The translations under genes and the position numbers were made by a program. 64,000 nucleotides of DNA from Auanema rhodensis (Eukaryota; Animalia; Nematoda): assembly GCA_964057225.1 (NCBI GenBank), contig OZ059898.1:12090001-12154000 (forward strand). The letters run 5' to 3'. Shown in pieces: positions 1-13,700 of this stretch. The notes beneath the pieces were generated by a model. The model ran no database searches, was not told where the DNA came from, and saw nothing but the letters and a program-made list of their open reading frames with translations. Numbering within the stretch: position 1 is the first letter of the stretch; each line of letters starts with the position of its first letter.

Positions 1-1665
1 TTTTACATAAAATAATCGAAAAATGAAGAAAAAATATGCAAATGTCAGTAAAACTCCAAATATGATTGATGATATGAGAAAATACATATGAAAAATTGGT
101 CCCGAAGATGATGTGGTCACGCAGTGAATTCGAATCTGAAATTAGGAACGGTGAATGCATATCCACTTCAACAAAGCTCTATGAAGATGAAGCTTGAAAT
201 TTACATTTTCCAACGTAATTAGACAGCAAACCGCCCCCCTTCTGACAAAAATTTGCTATTTTTGTGAAAAAAAATCTTTTTGAATCAGAAATTCATTCTG
301 AATGGCTTAATTTTTGGGTGATGGATGCCACGTGAATCATGTCAATTATGGTGAGAACGAAATGCAAGAATAGTTTTTCTTGTCATTCATTGAAGAGACA
401 AGAAAATTGAAAAAAAAGAAAATTTTTTTAAAAATATGAAGGAAAAAGAAACAGACCACATATAATCCATCTTCGAATACCATAAACACAGCATCAAGTA
501 ATCCCCATACTATTGAAAATATGCAAGTTCGAATAGCATTCTGAAATAAGAAATGTGATGAAGTCAGTTGAATTACTTCTTGTTTTGTGTTTCAGATATT
601 AGCGAAAATTTTCTACAGAATCACAACAAAGAAGGAAATGATGATGGGTGTGGATGAATAGAGAGAAGACAAACCTTTCGATGATCCAGGAAATAGTAGT
701 CACCCGGCCGGATCAGGGCATGAATCCGTTCCACAGCTATAGACAAGGTAAGCAATGATCGGATTCGATCTAATGCTATCTCAAATGCTGCAAAAAAATA
801 TTTTAATTGAAAAAAATACAAATATTTTAAATATATTAATGGATATTAATAATATATAAACATATATAGTTAGATAGATATGTATAGAGCTAGATAGATA
901 GATAGATAGATAGATAGTTAGATAGACAGCTCTATTATCTATTAAATATATTATAATACTCACAAATTTATAATTATTATTAGAAATAATAATAATAAGT
1001 TAAATCTTATGTTTTCAAATTATGTCTTTGCATCTACATATAACTAACTAACTATATATTATTATTATCATTTTATCTCTTTATTTCTGCTCTTTTCCTC
1101 TCCCTATCCACCTCCTCACTTATTCACATTTAACATACCTGATCCTATTAAAATTGTCCATCGGGGACAATTCAGATTATTATGAAGAATAAGATTAACA
1201 TATGTTGGAATAGTAAAGAAACCTAAAATATTTCAAAATATCAACAGCATTCACATAATCTTCTGTTTTCTTTTTAAATAAGTCGAACAAAAAAAATTTT
1301 TAAAAAAAAAGTTCAAAAACTCACCCGTGAATGAATTGGTGACAGCAAAAGCATAAAATAAATAAAGATGAGATTTGGTTAATAATGATGGAGTTTTTGC
1401 AAAAGAAAACCAAATAATTCCATTAAGAATCCAATTAATTATTCCAGCAGTTAAAGCTGTGTAATGAACTGTGGTTACGCCCTGAAATAATGTTGTATAG
1501 TTAATCCTTAATAGTGAAAGATAAGGTAGAAAAGAAGGAAAGAAAGGATTTCCATTCTTTCTTCTTTTTTTTTTGTTTTAGCTTCTCTTCCAATCAATAT
1601 AAACTAAATTGAACCTTATGTCCCTGAGTAATAGTAGTTTGTAACCATGATGTATCCAATACCAT
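1..1665 (-). CDS. Rhodopsin-like 7TM GPCR (srsx-like), 5' part; continues beyond window start
   Basis: GT-AG exons at about 1665-1615, 1481-1325, ~1223-1139, 787-675, 540-457 and 135-7 splice in frame: MVLDTSWLQ...LYLFYAFAVTNSFTGFFTIP...NCPRWTILIGSAFEIALDRIRSLLTLSIAVERIHALIRPGDYY...IHCVTTSSSGP... This shows TM1-TM5, a DRY-like ERI at the end of TM3 and an ECL2 Cys. Confidence 0.8.
890..925. repeat. (GATA)n microsatellite (intronic)
   Basis: tagatagatagatagata... run. Confidence 0.8.
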
Positions 1666-1914
1666 TATATAGTTAAAAAAAAGATCAGTCAGCTTTAATA
1701 AAAATATTATTAGATTATTTGTATAAATTGTCAACATATTGAGCAGAAAATCTTGTAATAGCATTCATGAAAACGAGTCAAATAGATGATGAAGTGAGAG
1801 TTTTGATCTTATAATTTGTGAATGATAATCTAACTACTGACAGCTGAGACTCCGCCTTTTCTATTTTATGGACGAAGAAGGATAAATCAAGAATTTAGAT
1901 GTATAGTTTTATAA

Positions 1915-1917
<3 letters not shown>

Positions 1918-1947
<30 letters not shown>
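1918..1947. repeat. (TA)n microsatellite
   Basis: tatatatata... run. Confidence 0.8.
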
Positions 1948-1951
<4 letters not shown>

Positions 1952-4900
1952 CATAATTAACCCAAAACAAACTAATTTTTATTTTATTTCCTATCTGAAA
2001 TATTTAATTTTTTTTTTCTGCAATGGAACTAGTTTGCATGAGTTATACTAATAACTTTTAAAAGTCTCATCGAAGCTTGTAATTTCCGTGTCAATTTTTT
2101 TTTGAAAACATAAAGAGATTATTTAAACTTAATGCTAAAAGAAATAATAATTACTTGAACTATTTTCTTTTTATTTCTTGTTCAATTAACTAATTATTAG
2201 AAATTGAAAAAGGAGACGTTATCATTCTCTCACTCTCATTCAAAAGCATAGGCTATAAGCTGCAAATGCAAGAAAAACATTCATCTATCTGAACATTATT
2301 TAGCAACAATTAAAAGATTAAAATCAACATGAATAAAGATTATGCAAAAACAACTGAAAGCACGAATGTTGTAGACAGCCAGTCTCGACAAATGACTTGA
2401 GGATGCGTCATCACAATGGAAAGTGTATTGAGTTAAGTTCTTTCAATTGAACTTTTTTCTATTTGCGAGCTCTGATTTTTATATATCTATATTTTGCTGC
2501 CAATTCTATTCGTAGGATCTAGCGAAAAACCTAAGGAAGCTATAGTTCCTGAGATACAGCTTTCCAACGATTATGCTCCAATTTTTGAATTAAAAACATC
2601 AAGACTCATGTTCTGACAGATGTGCATATATGCTTGTATAGCAAGCTTTGGCAGCCTTTTAACTTCTTTTCAGCTAAATAATTGTATTCTTTCATTTAAC
2701 TTGAATTTTGAACTATTTTTAGAAGTAAAAAAGACGTAAAAAGAATAAAAAAAAAATTTGATGACAAATTTTGTCAGAAGAATTTCAAGTAGTATCAATG
2801 CAGTCTCGAAAAATTAATAAATTTAAATAAAATTGAACAAAATGGCCCTCAGAGGGAAAATATTTCTAAAATGAAAGAAAGAATTTGATGAGCACAAGTA
2901 ACCTGGTGTTTGCGTGCAAAATGGAAACGGTTGCCATCTCTGCGAGACCGGGCATCGTCAGCGACAAGATTGATGTCAAGATAATTCTTGAAACAGGCAT
3001 ATGCTAGATGTACTTACAAAAAAAACTATATAATTTAGTTAATTATTGAGAAAGTAAAGTTTTATTTTATTTTTCAGCTTTAACTGTAGAATACAGCAAT
3101 TTAATTTTGACTTTTAGTTAATTGTTTCAACTTATCACATCAGTGATAGCTGGTTAGTAGCATACCAGGCTGCCCTTTTATCTAACTATACAGTGAAAAT
3201 AGTGAAAAAAATAAATTTAACTTTCACTTTATAATAATTACGTTGGGTTTAAAATATACTGTTGGATAGTTAGTAGGTATGTAGATACATGCATAGACTA
3301 GATGAAGAGGAGTAGTTCAGGCAAAGTTTCTAAGAAAGAGAAAGAACAAGAAAAGAAAATATTAGTTTTATAATTTCAAAATACAATAAGTTGGTTGTGG
3401 TTGAACAATACACACTCATGAATATATGCAGTTGTGAGAAACAAATGAGGTTAATATGAATGGGTATGATGATTTACATGAAAATATATTGTTTTGCCAA
3501 CAAAAAAGGAGGTAGACTTGTAGTTATAAGATATCATTATAATAATATAAAAGTTATGTAGTTGAGATAATAAATAATAGAAAAGGATAAAAAGGAAAGA
3601 AAAATCAGAATTAGTCACACATGCTCATACTGAAGTTCTCAAAAATTCTATTATATGTTTTATATGAATTGAAATTTTATTTTAAATTTATGAGCTATAT
3701 CAGAGTATTCAAGTATCAGTTCGTTAATTTGTTTGAAAAAAGGATGAGGAAGTTATAGCATGCTACGTTCGTGGCGAGTTGGAAAGACCAAATGGCTTCT
3801 TGTAGCACGTTTTCTATAATTGAATTGAGAGAATCCAAAGTTTACTGACATCGAAACCTCAAATATCGCGAATTGTCTAGTTTAATAGTATATCATATAT
3901 AAATATTTCTTCGGATTCATTGATCTTAGATACATACACGATATTTCAGAAACCTTCACTGAGATTAAAATATGAAGTTCTAACTGGATGTTCTAACGTT
4001 TTCTAGTTCCTCGGCTGCTATTCTCTCCAACCCTCCAGCCCCTCGCATCTCTCTCTCGCGTCCAACTTATAGTGAAGGAAATAAATTAAAACTACGTTTT
4101 TGCTTCCTGGGCTCTATATAACAACTAGTATTGTACTTTAGAGTGAAGAATTAGAAGTGAAAGAACCAAAAACATTTTTAACTGAGAATTAAAAGCATTA
4201 TATGATACATTTAGTAAATATAACAATATATAATAGTAAACTAATTTCAAATTTTAAATTTTTTTAACGATTTTTTACGAAATAATATTAATTGAATACG
4301 ACAATGATGTCCAGATTTTCAGATGAAGCTTTTCACTAAGGCGATTTCCCGTCGATTTCACGTACAAGACGCTATACGTGACTATGTAGACGGATGGAAT
4401 AGTAGTAATAGTATGCATGCATGTTTTATTAAATAACAGAAAAAAAAGTTATAAAGAATATAAGGGATATTTGAATATTTTCCAAGTTAACCACGACGTG
4501 AATTGGTTGTTTTTAGCTTTTTTTCTTTACTTGCTTTTGATTTGCTTCTTCATCTAATATTAACAAGAAGAAAAAAGGTTTGTAATAGCAAAAAATTTAA
4601 TTTATGAATAAGAATGAGCTGTTGATATATGGTACTTGCAAACAGTTCTTGAACCATTTACAAAATTTAAATAAATGACACAAAAAATGGAAAAATGTGA
4701 TCGGATTATTTACGAACGTTGATGATAGAATATATAAGTATTTGGCAATTTTAGACGACTGAAATACATCATAGAGTATAGAAATTAATTAAACTGAGCA
4801 AAAAGATTTGCATATAAGAAGAATGAACTGAGAAAAGAAATGTACACAACTTAAATTAATTATACGAGTATATTGTATGTTTTAGAATCTTTTATGTGCA

Positions 4901-7795
4901 AATTGGATGACAATTTCATAAACAGTGAATGAGCAAAACTTAGATATTCGATATTATATTAAAATTATCGAAAAAACGAGCTGATTTCGAAATATAACAA
5001 GATGAATGATTAGATAAACAACATGTAACAGAACAGGAATTCAAGGTTTCCAAAAATACTAGGCTTCTCTCAGGGTTAACTCTAAGTCTGTTGCTTAACC
5101 AAGTTTTTTTCCGGAAAGGTTGCGCGTTGAAATCAATGCGCATTGATTGAAGTTTTAGTAACTATTCCTAATTAAGATCATGTGTAACATAATTATATGA
5201 AATGAATTATGATTTGTGATGTTCACTACTGCTACAATAAATCAAAAACACAACTTTATGGGAGAATTTAATTGAAAATGAGACAATAGACGCGAATACC
5301 AACAATGGTTGTGAGCAGACGACTATATTATCTAGAGAAAATGAGACAGCTTGATAAGCAAATTAGAACAAACTTCTCAAAAATGAAATATTTTCAATAT
5401 ATTTAGAAAAAACTTTATTTAGCTGTTAACAATTCGCACAATTTCAAAGAATCTTACTCTGATTTCAACTAGATAAAAGGCCACTTGATCAAAAGCGCGG
5501 ATGAAGAAAATGTCAAATGAACAGAGAACGATAAACGAAAAACTAACGAGAAGGTTACCCAATTTATTAAGACTTTGAAACAATATTAAATCATATGCAA
5601 AAGAGGAATTAGAAATAGTGCGAGCTTATCGGGTGTAAAAGTAAAACGAGAAGGGATGGAGAGGGAGAAAGAGGAGGAGACTGATAGCAAAAAATACATG
5701 TTCAAAAGGAGGGGGGGGGTGGGTGGAGAAAAGGAAAAAGAATAGAAAAGATTTTTAAAATTTTTTTCCAGATGCGGTTTGAGAAAGGTGAGAAGATGAA
5801 AAGAAATAAATGATGAAAAATAATTATTCTGGCTTAAGGATGAAGCCATATTTAACATTTCGAAAGCGACGTGCTTATAAATGCTAGGAGACTATGTGTC
5901 GACTGAAATGAAGGGTTTCATCTCGTTCATCTCTCTTTCTTTTCTTTGTCTCTTCCACTTTGTGATTGCTTATCTTACTTAACGAATATCAAAGATATAT
6001 CTATCTTTCAAGGTATTATTATAAGAAGAATGGGAAAAAAATATATATGAATCAAAAAGTTATCAGCAAACCTTCATATTCTATTTCGGGAAGATCAAAG
6101 TTTGGAAGACAGATCTTTTTTAAATATATGTATCAAATATATATATATTAAGATAATATATTTACGAGCTTATGGCTTGTTACAAGCTCAATTTGATATC
6201 TTAAGAAGTATCACCTCTCATTTTATGTATCATCAAATAGCTATGAAAGATCAACAGGGGTGGAAAATTGAGTAAATTAGAAAGTATCTAATGACATATA
6301 TAACTGTGAATAACATGCTAATGATAAACATAGACATTGTAATTTTTTTAAAAACATATACACTAATGAAGGTTAACAAGTTTAACAAGAGATTTGCAGA
6401 GTGGCACACTAGATATTCAGAAATTTTCTGATATAAATCATGTAAACAACTTCAAAAGCAATATTCGAGAGAGATATCACATCTATAAACGGCAGCTGTA
6501 ACTTATGAGCATTTGTAATATTAATAGTCTGAGAATCTCGTTCATGAGATAAAACCAAAAAAAATATAATATGATGGGATATAATTCATTTTCCTCATCA
6601 GTGACAAAATGATCTGAAGGCCTAGATCAAGACAAATTCAATTTCCAGATGGAATCATCAACTGAACACGTTTTGACACGATCAAACCATTTTTTCTTCG
6701 TTTCTCACTAGAAAAGATTTGGAAATATTTCAAAGTTTGATGCATAGACTTTTTAGGAAATATTCTCTGAGACCTTACACAGAATTTGCAAAACTGCACT
6801 AGTGGTTGTGAGAAACCAGATGCGAATGTAGCCCTCAAACATCATTTTATCCTTTATTTGTTTATTAAACAATGATCTCCGTGATCTTCTGATTCGTAAA
6901 AACTTTTGAAACAGTATTGTTATTGTATTTCGCGCATATTATTTCCACAACACCCTCCATTCCCTTGATCCCAAACCCATTTGTTCGTTTTCATTGTGCT
7001 TGTACGGAATTGAAGCAAAAAAGCGAAAGACAAAGGAATACAGCTGTATGAAGTTGTGATCTGAAACATATAATTTTTATGAGGCTTAATACAAAATCAA
7101 TATAATCAGTACAAGGCAGATTATACGGCAAATGTTGCATATAGGTAAACTCTGTTTACATACACAGAACATGAAATTTTTTTAAAATTTCCAACTGCAT
7201 TTCTGAATTAACCTTATTTTATATCTGAAACCATCTGAGCATATGTCCACGCCAACTTCAATCAAAACATATAAATAACGAAGGCATTTCAAATACCCAC
7301 GCTTATCTCCTGAAACGCTACTCGTAGCAATCTACAAATTTGTAAGTTTTCTTTGCAATTTCACTGTTATTGTAGTAACAATATGGAAAAGACATGTAAT
7401 TGGGAGCTCACAGAAACAGAATTAAATGCGATGAATAGTGTATCCATATAATGTTCATATAGGACCCACTATTCTGAGGGAGTAACAAGCAACTGCTGTT
7501 TTAACATAAAGCATTGAGTTCAGTCTCATTGTCTCAGAAGTTAAAGAAGATAACTCTGCGTCATTGAACACTGCAATCGGATTTACCTGGTTTTGTTGTA
7601 CACACCAAGCGAACCAACTCAATGTTATGTTGTTTATTACATAAGAAAAGCAAAAGATACATGACTGCAAAGGTAAACGGAAAGGCAATAAGACAAGTGA
7701 ATATTCTCCGCTAAGAAGCAGTAAAATGCAAAAGCATACTTTCAGTATCAACATGTTACAAATATAATTGAATGGAAAGGATTAAAAAAATGTTT

Positions 7796-9835
7796 TCAAG
7801 AATAATCGATATTTTCTTCGCCTTCTATATCTTCATATACATATTCGTGAGATTCGGCAGACTAGAATGCGCTAGATATTAAAAGTTCATCGTCATTTGT
7901 ACGAACCTGTGAAGCGGGTTCATAATGACTGAACTGTGTGGCTGGAGATCTGAATTGAGTTTGAGGCTGACGAGTAGCATGAAGCGTAGGAGTAGATGAT
8001 GAAATCATAACGCGCTGAGATCCGTTAGGTCTTTGTACTACAACCTGTTGAACCTGTTGGAAACGCTACAAATATTAGTTTTTTAGTTGAAAGAAATCGG
8101 AATAGAGATGTTACTTTTGGCTGAGATACATGTGTGTACGAAGGTTTCACTACAGTGTAACGACTTCCTGGTACTGTACGTACAACAACAGGAGGTCTAT
8201 GAACAGGTCGTACAACCTGTGGTTTTTCATCTTCAGGAGGGGATAATATATACTGTACAGGTTTAACTTCCTTGGGAGCAGGATTAACATTAACATTATT
8301 ATCTGAATAACAAGATGATCTGAAAATGATGGTGAGTATGACTCACTTTTTGCAGTATTTCCTTGCATGATTTGATCAACGTATTCCCGTAAAGCAGGAG
8401 GAAGACAGCTTTTTATTTTATCAGCGGTTTCAGGAGCAACACGACCTTTTTCTAAGCCATGAGCTAGCCCTAACCTTTTAAGCACCTGGTGAGCAATTAT
8501 GAATATTTATAACCAACATAATCACGTACCTCAACGTCATCATGAATCTCAAAAGGTTGATCGAAATTAAAAAGAAATTCAGATTTATCATGAGCAACAG
8601 AGCATTCCACCATGGCTCTAAAAGAAAAAAAGTTACCAAAATTAAATTGCATGTCCCCAGTACCTTTTTTCAGTATTTACAATGACGTAAGGCAGATAAA
8701 GTACTGAATTATCTACAGGCCTTCCCTCAGTTCTAAAACAAAGTAATACGATGTGATAAAATCTTCATGGAAATACCGTTCCCGTTCCCTATTTTTCTCA
8801 ACAAGTGTTTTATATGCGACTAGCTGAATTATCATTTCTTGAAGATTTTCTGTTTTTTCCCTTATACGTTCTTGTCGTCGTAGCTTAAAAACAACCATAA
8901 TAACGAAATGTGAGGAAAAACCTACCTTATCTTCTTCCAACCTTTTAAATTCTTGTACTGTGGAAGTTGGCAAGCCTACCCAATGAATATCCTAGAAAAT
9001 TGAAAAGAAATATAAATAAAAACAAACTAATACCTTTTTATTCTTTTGGATAATGTTCATAGCAAGTAAAACATTCAACGCGTCATAAACTCTTCTTCTA
9101 ATATTCTTCATATCATACTGATGTTTTTCCTAAAAACCAACATTAAAAATAATATTTTTTCATAAACTTACATCATTAAACGTTGCACTTGTTTGAGAAT
9201 CAAAATACTCGGTAACCAACTCATCTGCGACCTATGACATATGTTAAAATATCTTTACAACGTATAAGGACTCACTTCATTATAATTAGTTCTGCCTTTC
9301 TCCTTTACTTTTTCACATACTTTAGTTGAAAAGTGTCTCAAACCTTTTGATTTATCTATGTTACGTTTTGTATCAGTATAATCAAATTCATATCTCAGCA
9401 TAGAAGATCCAGCAGCAGGTATACTAAAGATTTGCAATTCTTTGTAAGATATATACGTTGCGTTGTATATGATTGTATTATGTTAGTAGATAGACATGAG
9501 AACAGAAAATATAATAAAGAATTAATTGAATAAAATGGAGTAAAAAATAAAGAAAAGGAATATTAAAACTTCAAAAGTTATATAAAATATGAACTAGCCT
9601 TCGGTATATTTGTGGGGCGCTATGAGGAGCTGGTAAGACTCTAGTGTTCCGAGGTGTTTGCTGGTTATTAGCAAGTACCACGGTCCTTCTTACTGTCTGA
9701 AAATTTTATTTTGGTCAATTTTTTTCTCAATCTCAAAACCTGGCTAGGTGCATATTGTCTATGAGTTCCAGGTTCAACCAAGTAAGGCGTTTGACTATTG
9801 ATTGATCGCACAGTGTACGTTTTTTGTGAATCCAT
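7796..9835 (-). CDS. dpl-1: Transcription factor DP (E2F dimerisation partner), multi-exon
   Basis: Exons encode [30 protein letters not shown], the DEF box [27 protein letters not shown] and the DP dimerisation region ([19 protein letters not shown]). ATG at 9835 (MDSQKTYTV); acidic tail ...[13 protein letters not shown] ends at 7796. Confidence 0.93.
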
Positions 9836-9961
9836 GCCTGTTATAAGTTAAAATTTTATAAATTTGATACTTCATCAAAAACTGTTCTTCCCATTTTTAA
9901 CGAAAATTAAAATACAATGTATTGATAAAAAAAATATAAAAAATCAAACTTCATGTTAAAA

Positions 9962-9970
9962 CGCGCCAAA
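9962..9970 (-). promoter_or_regulatory. E2F/DP consensus site TTTGGCGCG ~130 bp upstream of the DP start codon
   Basis: The plus strand reads cgcgccaaa, which matches TTTSSCGC in an otherwise very AT-rich stretch. Confidence 0.5.
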
Positions 9971-10704
9971 TTGAAATTAGAGAAGAAGAAATCGTGTCGA
10001 GACCAATTTCGGTGTAATATTTTGTTAGATACATCGTTATTGCTTTTCCTTTCATAGTTTTCTTGTCATAAATGAAACTTGTTTTTTTTTTCAATGATTT
10101 AGACACATCTCAGATGTTTAATAACGTGTGAATATTAATACATAGTATCTGATATCAACTCTTCAATAATACATATTTGTGCTATACATTATATTCTACC
10201 AGAAAACAATATGGGGGGGAATTTTAGAATCAGTCTTGGTATTTACAAATATCTAAATATTTAAGAGACTGCAACTGATAACTATAAGAAAAGTACCTGC
10301 GATTCAATCTAAAGCTGACATCCTTCAATCGAACAATAACCGAAGCTTTTGCTTCTTGAAGTTTTTAACGGAATTCAACGAACAAGAAGCAAGTTGGCTA
10401 CTGTATGGAGGATGGGGAATAATTACACGAATGTATTACAGATCATAGACTAGGGTATGAATAGATCATTGGATGTACCCTATACTGACCACCTATACAA
10501 AAGTCAAAACATATGAAATACCCATAAAAAGAAAAAGGTTCACATCGAATCGTCAAAAAAAAAAAGATAAAACCGGGAATTAAATTGAGGAAATGGAAAA
10601 GAAACCGTGGGAAAGCCTGAGTGAAGATAAATAACAAAGTGAGAGGAAAATATCATCATTGACCTATCTTGGAGAAATTTCAACTGACGATTGGGCCAAA
10701 ATCT

Positions 10705-13700
10705 TCACTTCGAAGAACTAAAAGAAGATTCTTCATAGGCAGGTGGTGGAGCAACGGGCTTTTGTTTAAGCTCATCCGTTGCACTGCGACTTGTGGCCAT
10801 CAACAGATCAGGATCGTCTACCTCGGCAGCTGTAATATTATAAAATTTTTAAAACAATCGATAATGTATACTCTACTTTTTGGATAATCAGAAGCATGAA
10901 TTTCAGAGCCATCATTGAACTTCTTGCTATCGCGTCTAGTAGTTGGAGAGTCATCATCAGGGAATGGTCTTTTTTCTCCAGACTGTGGTGTACTAATTGA
11001 TGCTCTTACGGAATTGGATATAGATAACTCTAATGGCCCATCATCTATTTCTTCACTAACAGAATCCTGCAAACGCTGAGAATAGAATCGACAAAATTTT
11101 AAAAATCTTACAACAACCATATTTCTTAAAAATTGGCAGATAGTACCTAATCGAGCAACCAAGTCATGTTTACTTGGAACAGTGCTTGAGGCAAAGTTTT
11201 TAATGTGCTAAAATGAATGTATAAAAATATAGAAAAAAACGAATAATAATTACTTCTCCATGATCATGGAATGTGTATCTTGATATAATTGTGGAATATA
11301 TGTCATTAGCAAATTGAAGTAAAGTTGATGGTCGTACAACCTGTGGAAAATGATCATAATGAATTACTTAGAGAAATTATTAATCTTACGTCAGGAATTT
11401 GCTTTTCATAACGTTCTAAAAGAATAACAGTGGCACGTAACAGATTTTCTTGTCTTAATTTGTTTGTTTCAGTGGTAATGTTAATTAGGCCTGTTTCACT
11501 AGATCTTGGATGATAAGGTCCAATTTCAATTGCTGAAATTCAGCTGTAAAAAAAAAATTTCGATAACATTTCTTACAGAAAAGTAAAAATGGAAGCCATG
11601 TTCCGGCTTTAGTCAATTCGTCCTCTAGGTATACTATATCAGCAAATATAGTAAGTAGCAAGTCATAAACAATTTCCATGTGCCTCTCGTCCTGAAAAAA
11701 AGTATAATACGAGAAAAATTGAATCAAAACTACGGAGAGAGTTCTAAGGATAACTTCAAAAGCCCGTCCGCAAATCATCTCGTTATTCCAACAGAAAAAC
11801 ATGAAAGTTTCTCTCATAAATGCTTGAGTTCGAGGATCACCCGTGGCATACACGTTTAGCAAGTGAGTTAATCTGAAATAGATAACATAAAAACGAGAAG
11901 CACTTCTGTTACTTACAGATTATAATTTGGAACACCGAATAATAACTCTTGAATTTCATGTGGACAACGAATATCTACAACTGGCACACTTCGAGCAGGA
12001 TCCGCCAACATGTAAGGACATGGAGATGTTAGAGCAGGTTTCTAAATTTGTAGTTTGAACAGGCATATATGAAAAAGCTTACTCCTGGAAGCCTCGCAGA
12101 TAGAAACACGCGGAAATCAATCACACGAAGTAATGCTACTAACAATCGTACATAATGTTGAATGCCATGTGGTAAGGCTGTGAAGCACTGCATTGCAGGA
12201 GTCTCATATATTCTGAGTAAGAGATGAAGGATTCCATGAGTTACCATCATGCAAAACTGAATGAAAAATCTAAGATTCAAAATAAAATTCATAAGCTTAC
12301 CAGATCAGATTTGGGAGCAGATTCTGCAGCAAACAGTGTTAAAATGGAGTAGACTTCCATTCCCCGCTTTTCTTTATCGTTTGTTATAAGATGATAAATA
12401 GACTGGAATCGTTAATAGTTGTGAAATAATCAAGTACTAAACAAACTTCAAGCATCAACTTGGCGACAGAATCAGAATCTCTTAAGGAAGCTTTAACGTG
12501 AGAATTTAATACACGTTGAAGATGTACATTATTATCTGAAAATTCTACGGGTTAGATAATGTTTAAAACATAAGCACACACATTCTTTCAGGTCCCCAGT
12601 TGTATCACTAAATTCAACTGCTAAAGAAAGAACTTTATGAAGCATCCTAGCATAAATTTGACGAACCTAAAATGTCATTTTATAAAAAATAATAAAAGAA
12701 ACTGTTATTTACATCCGCTTCTTTAGCTTCGAGCAAATAAACTCGGGTGACTTCTTCGTTGAACATTATATTTGCCGTAAACCACAAGCGACAAGATTTA
12801 TTCATAATTAACCTGTCATGTAGTTGATTCCATAACGTAGGACTGCGTTCATTCTAAAAAAAAATTGCTACACCAAATCAGTACCTATTTAACATACGTA
12901 ATCAGTTCTCAACTCAGCAGAAGCATGTAAACAAGTGTATACCAAAAAGTTAGAGAACAATTCGCAAACATGCTGATATAAACGAACATCGCAAGGCTGA
13001 ATATATTTCAAGGTTAATGAAAATTAATATATTTATACCTCTGGATTGGCTATAACAGTTCTAACCGTTAGATTTTTAATGAAGCTGAAGAAATTAGGAT
13101 TGTACTGATTGCGTTCGTGCATTATTTTGGTATTCTGTTGTCGAACCATAACCTCTAATCTTGGAGGCATTTGTCTCATTTTGCTACCTGAAAGCATGTG
13201 ATATTAAAAAAGAAAAAAACTTTCGTACAATTCTTACTTAAAGACATGGTCGAAAAGTGTTTGTGGAGACGAGTAACAGGAGATCCAGTGCTGCTTCGTC
13301 TCGATGATAACGAAGAAAGAGAAGCATCAATTGTAAGAGGTGTTGCAATAGGAGCAGCTTGTTGAGAAGAGCAATCAGCACTTGTTCTTCCAGAAGCAGG
13401 TGGAACAGGCGATTCTTGTTCATTGATTCCAACCTGAATACATAAATGAACCTTAATCCGACAATAAAAACATACTTTTTCGTAGAATAAGAGGTAAGCA
13501 TTCCACCAACATCTCCCTCTTTTTTTGGAGCACATATCATCTGATCCATCGTCGGTATATTTAATATTTCCCCCGAACCTAAGTTATATTTAATATTTGA
13601 AATCAATATTACAAAAACTATACCATTTAGATCGTACATCCTTTATATCACACTCATAGTGTGTTACTTCGGTATCATCAAACTTATACCATTTACCATC

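Noticed and set aside
4346-4399. Imperfect hairpin (ccgtc...cacgta/tacgtg...gacgg) as a pre-miRNA
   Set aside because: The stem is too interrupted and I recognise no mature miRNA
9836-10704. USP and DP as an SL2 operon
   Set aside because: Same strand, but ~870 bp lie between stop and start and there is a promoter-like E2F site; cannot be supported without SL2 data
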